DNA of 64,000 nt. Origin: Escherichia phage RB3. The DNA lies in the sequence record KM606994; one strand, given 5' to 3'. Every line of letters starts with the position of its first letter. The first letter of the stretch is position 1. Of this stretch, positions 58,350 to 64,000 are shown piece by piece. Both the position numbers and the translations under genes were made by a program. Under the pieces are notes generated by a model. It was not told the DNA's origin. It worked only from the letters and a program-made list of their open reading frames with translations, and ran no database searches.

Positions 58350-58800
58350 AATCCACCACTATTAAATCAATATCAGGAGTAAACATGTCGATTAATTTAG
58401 AAACCTTATCCCAATCACCGCCAGCAATACCACAACCTATGCGTGGAATGTAAATTACTGGTTTAAACAAAAGGGTTTCTGCCTGTAGATTTAATTCTAT
58501 CATGCAGTTTACTAAAGCACCATAATCAAGATTAGGACCTGGTTCGTATTGCGTATACAAGTTATAACATATGCCAAAACCATTAGGTTTATGTTTAAAA
58601 ACAATAGACATATCACCGAGTTTTTCACGCGAACCATATTCAGTAGTAGTTTTATCTATTTCTAAAATTTTAGGATAGGCCCTTGCTAATTGACCCGCTA
58701 CACCTGAACCCATAGTATGAAAACAGTTACACCCGTGCGCAATAATATTACCTTCAAGAAAGAGGGCGACAATATCGCCCTTGATATATTTTACAATCAT
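58321..58800 (-). CDS. macro-domain-like protein (159 aa), putative ADP-ribose binding/hydrolase
   Basis: Motif IIAHGCNCFHTMGSGVAGQLA resembles the macro-domain N-x-x-GGGV signature; assignment from motif only. Confidence 0.45.
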   Translation of the reverse strand: MIVKYIKGDIVALFLEGNIIAHGCNCFHTMGSGVAGQLARAYPKILEIDKTTTEYGSREKLGDMSIVFKHKPNGFGICYNLYTQYEPGPNLDYGALVNCMIELNLQAETLLFKPVIYIPRIGCGIAGGDWDKVSKLIDMFTPDIDLIVVDYESALPASV

Positions 58801-59144
58801 CTAGTACTCAATCCTCGATTATAAGAATCTACCAAACGGTCAACCATTGAATGACAAGCGGCTTTATCTTTCTCCTCCGCAACTGAACATTCTAAGGTAT
58901 TCCACTTTTTAGCATATCGTTTTAATAATGTATCGTTTTTGTATCTGCTTGATTTATCTCTTTCTCCGTCTTTATATGCATATATTAATTTCTGCGCAAA
59001 TTCAGCTTGGCATGCTTTATTTTTCCCACAATAATCTGCCGCAGTGCGATTTACATATTCTCTAATTTCAGTATATGATGTATCTGCTGACGCAGAAGCA
59101 GAAAATGAAATTAATCCTATACATAAAACCAAAATTTTAGTCAT
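58797..59144 (-). CDS. secreted protein with signal peptide (115 aa)
   Basis: N-terminal MTKILVLCIGLISFSASASA; four Cys in mature part. Confidence 0.45.
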   Translation of the reverse strand: MTKILVLCIGLISFSASASADTSYTEIREYVNRTAADYCGKNKACQAEFAQKLIYAYKDGERDKSSRYKNDTLLKRYAKKWNTLECSVAEEKDKAACHSMVDRLVDSYNRGLSTR

Positions 59145-59682
59145 TTACTATTTCCAAAAGTTTATTATTTTTAAGATAATTAGCCTTTTCTAGGACTTCA
59201 GAAGCATATTTAGAACCAGCTTTAACATTCCATCCCGAATTATAAGAGGATATTGCTTTTCTTATATCTCCCTTGTGTATATTTAACCAATAAGAAAGTT
59301 CAATGTACGCCCAGGAAGCTGAATTGGATCGTTTATTCAACATTCTTTTTATTTCAGCATCGGTCATATTATAACCAAGTTCCTTAACTCTCGCTCGCAT
59401 AGTAGGCAAATAATTTTGGAACATTCCGTAGGCGTGATGCTTTGGTTTAGATTTTAAATTAACTCCGCCAGAGCTTTCTTGCCATAAAATAGCAGCCATT
59501 ATATGACCTAATCCGCTCTTGTGGATATTTTTGTGTGTTTTATATTTTCCATCCTTAGAAAATTGTTCCCCGAATTGATACGCGTAACGCATGTTATCGA
59601 GTTGGACATTACTGAAAGTATGCTCGGAGCTATGTGCCATCATTGAAATGGCCAATAGACCAGCGAGTAGTGCTTTTCTCAT
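59137..59682 (-). CDS. secreted lytic transglycosylase-like protein (181 aa)
   Basis: Signal peptide MRKALLAGLLAISMMAHS; SLT-like motifs ILWQESSGG, AYGMFQ, YNSG. Confidence 0.5.
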   Translation of the reverse strand: MRKALLAGLLAISMMAHSSEHTFSNVQLDNMRYAYQFGEQFSKDGKYKTHKNIHKSGLGHIMAAILWQESSGGVNLKSKPKHHAYGMFQNYLPTMRARVKELGYNMTDAEIKRMLNKRSNSASWAYIELSYWLNIHKGDIRKAISSYNSGWNVKAGSKYASEVLEKANYLKNNKLLEIVND

Positions 59683-59689
59683 GCTTACC

Positions 59690-60151
59690 TCATTGAGTTT
59701 TAATTACTGCTTTAGAAGCCTTTCCTGGTAAACGACGACTGTTAATAATTGCCATCCTGCATTGAAGCGACGGGTCTTTGAACTTCGCATTAGGTTTACA
59801 AACTGTAAATCCAAGCCAAAGATTTCCATCTGTGATTTCTAAACGTCCAGGACGATATTCAACCCCATCAATAAAATCCTCGTCAATGTCAGGACGCGGA
59901 GGCATACTCAGGGATTCATTAACTTCTAAAACATGGTCTTTTATTTTATGGAATAATTCAAAAACATATGTCTCATCAATCTCCCGTTGAATTGCGCGAT
60001 CAAGAAGATGTTGAGAATATTTTAGATGAAACGATGAGACTCCTGCTGCTTTTGATGCCTCACGAATCTCATTGTTAATTTGACGAAACTCCGACTCAAA
60101 GTGACGACGAAGCTTATTTCGACGGATAAAAACTTCTGTATTGATAGTCAT
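59690..60151 (-). CDS. regB: endoribonuclease RegB (153 aa)
   Basis: Length as T4 RegB; GAGGAG RBS; early promoter upstream. Confidence 0.75.
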   Translation of the reverse strand: MTINTEVFIRRNKLRRHFESEFRQINNEIREASKAAGVSSFHLKYSQHLLDRAIQREIDETYVFELFHKIKDHVLEVNESLSMPPRPDIDEDFIDGVEYRPGRLEITDGNLWLGFTVCKPNAKFKDPSLQCRMAIINSRRLPGKASKAVIKTQ

Positions 60152-60178
60152 GTTATTCTCCTCTTAACTGATAGAAAA

Positions 60179-60208
60179 ATTATACCACAGTCAAGAGGAA
60201 AAGTAAAC
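60179..60208 (-). promoter_or_regulatory. early promoter (GTTTAC, 18 nt, TGGTATAAT) upstream of regB
   Basis: Plus strand attata-N18-gtaaac. Confidence 0.6.
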
Positions 60209-60210
60209 AG

Positions 60211-60531
60211 TTATTCTTTAAATCTGATCAATTTATTCATAGACTTTGAAACTTCTGCACGAACCTCATGTAGATTTTTGAGCTGTTCAAGACGCTGCGC
60301 ATAGTAAGCAATTTCATCTTCTTCGAGACAGTCCTGTGAATCTTCTTTAAGATAACGCGCATAGTCCTGGAAAGCATTACGAATTACTTCTTGGAAGTCA
60401 TCAAGACTTTGAATTTTCTTAGGAGCAGCAGATACACGACGAGGGGCAGTATAATACTCATAACCAAACCCTGCGCTTAATTGAGCCATTAGTATTTTTC
60501 CTCTGGTTGGAACACAGCACGGCAAGCCCAC
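60211..60531 (-). CDS. hypothetical protein (106 aa)
   Basis: ORF track. Confidence 0.4.
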   Translation of the reverse strand: MGLPCCVPTRGKILMAQLSAGFGYEYYTAPRRVSAAPKKIQSLDDFQEVIRNAFQDYARYLKEDSQDCLEEDEIAYYAQRLEQLKNLHEVRAEVSKSMNKLIRFKE

Positions 60532-60791
60532 ATACTGGCTTCTTTGAGTTTCGTTTTAGCAATAGTTAACTGATCGAGGCTTTCAGCATAATTCTTCGCG
60601 AGTTCATCATCTTCACAGCTATCGAATGCTTCCCAGAATTCATCGTATAAAGCATCAAAGATAAGTCCTAAACGAACTTCAGCGTCTTTGATAGCATTCA
60701 CTTTACCGATTTTCTCTTCAGTATGCGGCTTATAACCTTTAATGTCTTCAATCATATTTGACTTCCTCACCAGTACATAAATCATATTCAA
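60489..60791 (-). CDS. hypothetical protein (100 aa)
   Basis: ORF track; start may be internal. Confidence 0.4.
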   Translation of the reverse strand: MNMIYVLVRKSNMIEDIKGYKPHTEEKIGKVNAIKDAEVRLGLIFDALYDEFWEAFDSCEDDELAKNYAESLDQLTIAKTKLKEASMWACRAVFQPEEKY

Positions 60792-60969
60792 CTAAACGAA
60801 TAGGTTCATGAATGCCATATCCTTGAACAGAAATTTCTGTTGTAGGATAAATTCCATCAATATCACCCATATTCCAGGCTTCATTAAATTGCTGTTCGCC
60901 TGAATTACTAAACCACTCGGCGAAAGCATTTAGCACATCTTTAGAACCTTCAATAATTATCTTTGCCAT
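60748..60969 (-). CDS. hypothetical protein (73 aa)
   Basis: ORF track. Confidence 0.4.
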   Translation of the reverse strand: MAKIIIEGSKDVLNAFAEWFSNSGEQQFNEAWNMGDIDGIYPTTEISVQGYGIHEPIRLVEYDLCTGEEVKYD

Positions 60970-61331
60970 TACAGACTCTCAGTAAAGGTACGAGCGATAA
61001 CGTCGCGCTGCTGTTCCGGAGTCAGAGAGTTAAAGCGAACTGCATAACCTGATACACGGATGGTCAGCTGCGGATATTTTTCCGGATGCTTAACTGCATC
61101 TTCCAGAGTTTCGCGACGCAGAACGTTAACGTTCAGGTGTTGACCACCTTCAATTTTAACTGTAGGTTGTGTTTCAATTTCAATTTCACGGGCATGCAAA
61201 CCGTAGAAAATTTCTGGGTCTACAAAAGAGTCCTCTTTAAAAGTTTTAGAGACAATAATTCGTGCTTGAATACCATCTTCAAAATAAATAGTACCTTTGT
61301 GTGTGCCTTCAAGAATTTGATATGCTTTCAT
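60969..61331 (-). CDS. grcA: autonomous glycyl radical cofactor GrcA/YfiD-like protein (120 aa)
   Basis: C-terminal ~58 aa ([59 protein letters not shown]) carry the RVSGY glycyl-radical motif and match remembered E. coli GrcA almost exactly. Confidence 0.75.
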   Translation of the reverse strand: MKAYQILEGTHKGTIYFEDGIQARIIVSKTFKEDSFVDPEIFYGLHAREIEIETQPTVKIEGGQHLNVNVLRRETLEDAVKHPEKYPQLTIRVSGYAVRFNSLTPEQQRDVIARTFTESL

Positions 61332-61338
61332 ATAAACC

Positions 61339-61719
61339 TCAATTAGAAAATAAATTTATCCAAGATTGTTCTTTAATTAAAAACGGCTCAGAATCATATG
61401 CCATTAAACTCTGTGTGATTAGTCCTTTAAAAGGACCATCAATAAATTCCATGGTAAAATATGGAATTTTATTCATTAGCCGTGCATTAGGAGCAGTACA
61501 CAAAACTCTGCATCCTTTGAATACGCCTTTTTGTAATTTGTATTGCTTGGGATAAAATTCGCTCAAAATGTTATTATTTGCTAAAATTTCAAAATGATTC
61601 ACCAATTTATTTTTAATAGTTTTTGGCGAAAAATAAAGATATTCGAAAAGCTGAGTGTCTGTCATCATTGCATTCCGATTACGAAAAACTGTGGACGAGT
61701 AATACCACCAATACAACAT
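61339..61719 (-). CDS. hypothetical protein (126 aa)
   Basis: ORF track; overlaps upstream ORF by 55 nt in another frame. Confidence 0.35.
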   Translation of the reverse strand: MLYWWYYSSTVFRNRNAMMTDTQLFEYLYFSPKTIKNKLVNHFEILANNNILSEFYPKQYKLQKGVFKGCRVLCTAPNARLMNKIPYFTMEFIDGPFKGLITQSLMAYDSEPFLIKEQSWINLFSN

Positions 61720-62207
61720 TTAATATTACAGCAGCAGTGTACAGTGTCAATATGGACACTATAAATCTTATCCATATCAGGAGATTTGACAGGCTCATCA
61801 ATTATATACAAAATTCGCGAAAGCGATAAACCTCTGAACTTGCTTCCTTTATTACCTATAAAACTGCGCACAGAATCAGTAAATAAACGAAAACGTATAT
61901 CATCATTAGAATAACGCGAAAATTCCTTTTTAATGTTATTTGCAGAAATTTTAGCGTAAGCTGAAGTATTAGAAAGAACAATAACTGTTCCGCCATCATA
62001 CAGCCAATTAGCGGCAAAGTTAGTCACAGCAATTGATTTACCGGATTGACGTCCACCATCTATACGAAGTGTGCAGTACTCTTTAAATAAATGTAATGAA
62101 TAAGGTACATGAAATCCACTATTACAAATTTCTTCTACTCTAGCATCAGAATGGTGTGTAAAAGCATTCATCAGGGATAGATAAGGACCAGTTAAAAATG
62201 TTCTCAT
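61665..62207 (-). CDS. P-loop NTPase-like protein (180 aa)
   Basis: Walker A GGRQSGKS and Walker B ILYIIDEP; odd Cys-rich C-terminus in the overlap region. Confidence 0.4.
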   Translation of the reverse strand: MRTFLTGPYLSLMNAFTHHSDARVEEICNSGFHVPYSLHLFKEYCTLRIDGGRQSGKSIAVTNFAANWLYDGGTVIVLSNTSAYAKISANNIKKEFSRYSNDDIRFRLFTDSVRSFIGNKGSKFRGLSLSRILYIIDEPVKSPDMDKIYSVHIDTVHCCCNIKCCIGGITRPQFFVIGMQ

Positions 62208-62349
62208 TTTATTCTCTCTAGGTTTGGGCCATTCCGGTGGCGCATGAATTGTCCATTTCTGTATTTACCCATTACCGCACTTGGGCTCGACCTTATTACA
62301 GGTTGGCGGGAATCCCTCATAGAATCATGAGGTCCAGGTTGTTCCCATA

Positions 62350-62823
62350 TTATTTGAACGATTTAACGTACTGAATAGAACCTTTACTATTCACGAAAGC
62401 GATTTTACCATTTTTATTATACATGGTAGCAGTACGCTGATAGCCATAAGTTTGCTTACCAGATTGATAACCAACTAATGCAAAATTATCTTCACCCATT
62501 TTATTCTGTTTAGCGCGAATGCGTTCATGACCATGCGCCATAAGAACCTTAGCATCACCAGTTGCAATGGATCGACGAGTTTTTTCATCTTCAACTGTAT
62601 TAACAAAGTCGTCAAATGAATCAAATTTAGCATGAGATTTATTATACAGTTTTCCATCTACTGCATAATTATATCCCTGTACATCCATCTCAACTTCTGT
62701 ACCATCATCCAGTACAGCAGTGATTTTCTGTCCTTTTTTAAATTTCAAAAGATCAGTAAAAGATTCAGCAATAATTTGAGAATTAATAGCTGCTTCAGTA
62801 ATAAATTCTTGATATGTTTTCAT
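62350..62823 (-). CDS. internal protein (capsid-targeted, IPII/IPIII-type, 157 aa)
   Basis: N-terminal MKTYQEFITEA matches the T4 capsid targeting sequence; located upstream of e. Confidence 0.65.
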   Translation of the reverse strand: MKTYQEFITEAAINSQIIAESFTDLLKFKKGQKITAVLDDGTEVEMDVQGYNYAVDGKLYNKSHAKFDSFDDFVNTVEDEKTRRSIATGDAKVLMAHGHERIRAKQNKMGEDNFALVGYQSGKQTYGYQRTATMYNKNGKIAFVNSKGSIQYVKSFK

Positions 62824-62917
62824 GTGTATCCTTTAAATGTAAATATTTTAATTAATAATTTATCTCTTCAAGTAACTGTGAATATACTATCACAATTCTA
62901 GGAGAAAGTAAATAACT

Positions 62918-63905
<988 letters not shown>

Positions 63906-64000
63906 TCAGTGATAAAGTTATTTAAATTTTGAGTATATTTCTTTTCATCAAAAATCTTTTGTTGTCTGCGTAGCCGCCATGGCATTTCAATGAACGTGTA

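Overview
This window is a contiguous 64-kb segment of a T-even (T4-like, Tequatrovirus-type) myovirus genome, running from rIIA at the window start to lysozyme e and nudE at the end. Almost every gene is on the minus strand, so transcription runs toward lower coordinates. The recognisable core is the classic T4 early/middle region: rIIA, topoisomerase gene 39, dexA, dda, srd, modA/modB, soc, 56, 61, 41, uvsX, 42, imm, 43, regA, 62-44-45, rpbA, 46/47, alpha-gt, 55, nrdH-nrdG-nrdD, endonuclease VII, nrdC, rI, tk and regB. Identifications rest on reading the ORF-track proteins for length, order and catalytic motifs against remembered T4 proteins; no database search was run. Several features differ from T4 itself and resemble T2/T6-type relatives: gene 39 is one uninterrupted 605-aa ORF, the beta-gt position holds a different GT-A-type glycosyltransferase, and nrdD has no intron but is preceded by a free-standing GIY-YIG homing endonuclease gene. 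Regulatory signals are readable directly: sigma70-type early promoters (GTTTAC -35, TATAAT-like -10), MotA-box middle promoters, TATAAATA late promoters, and GC-rich hairpins with UUCG loops on the transcribed strand. I did not find a CRISPR array, tRNA or rRNA gene, integrase or transposon. I found no single clearly novel system; the best candidates for uncharacterised biology sit in the accessory island between nrdC and rI (about 44.4-55.9 kb) and among the small genes between tk and e (57.6-62.3 kb). Many ORF-track starts are TTG/GTG, so several CDS starts below are moved to the first in-frame ATG; self-derived coordinates may be off by 1-2 nt.
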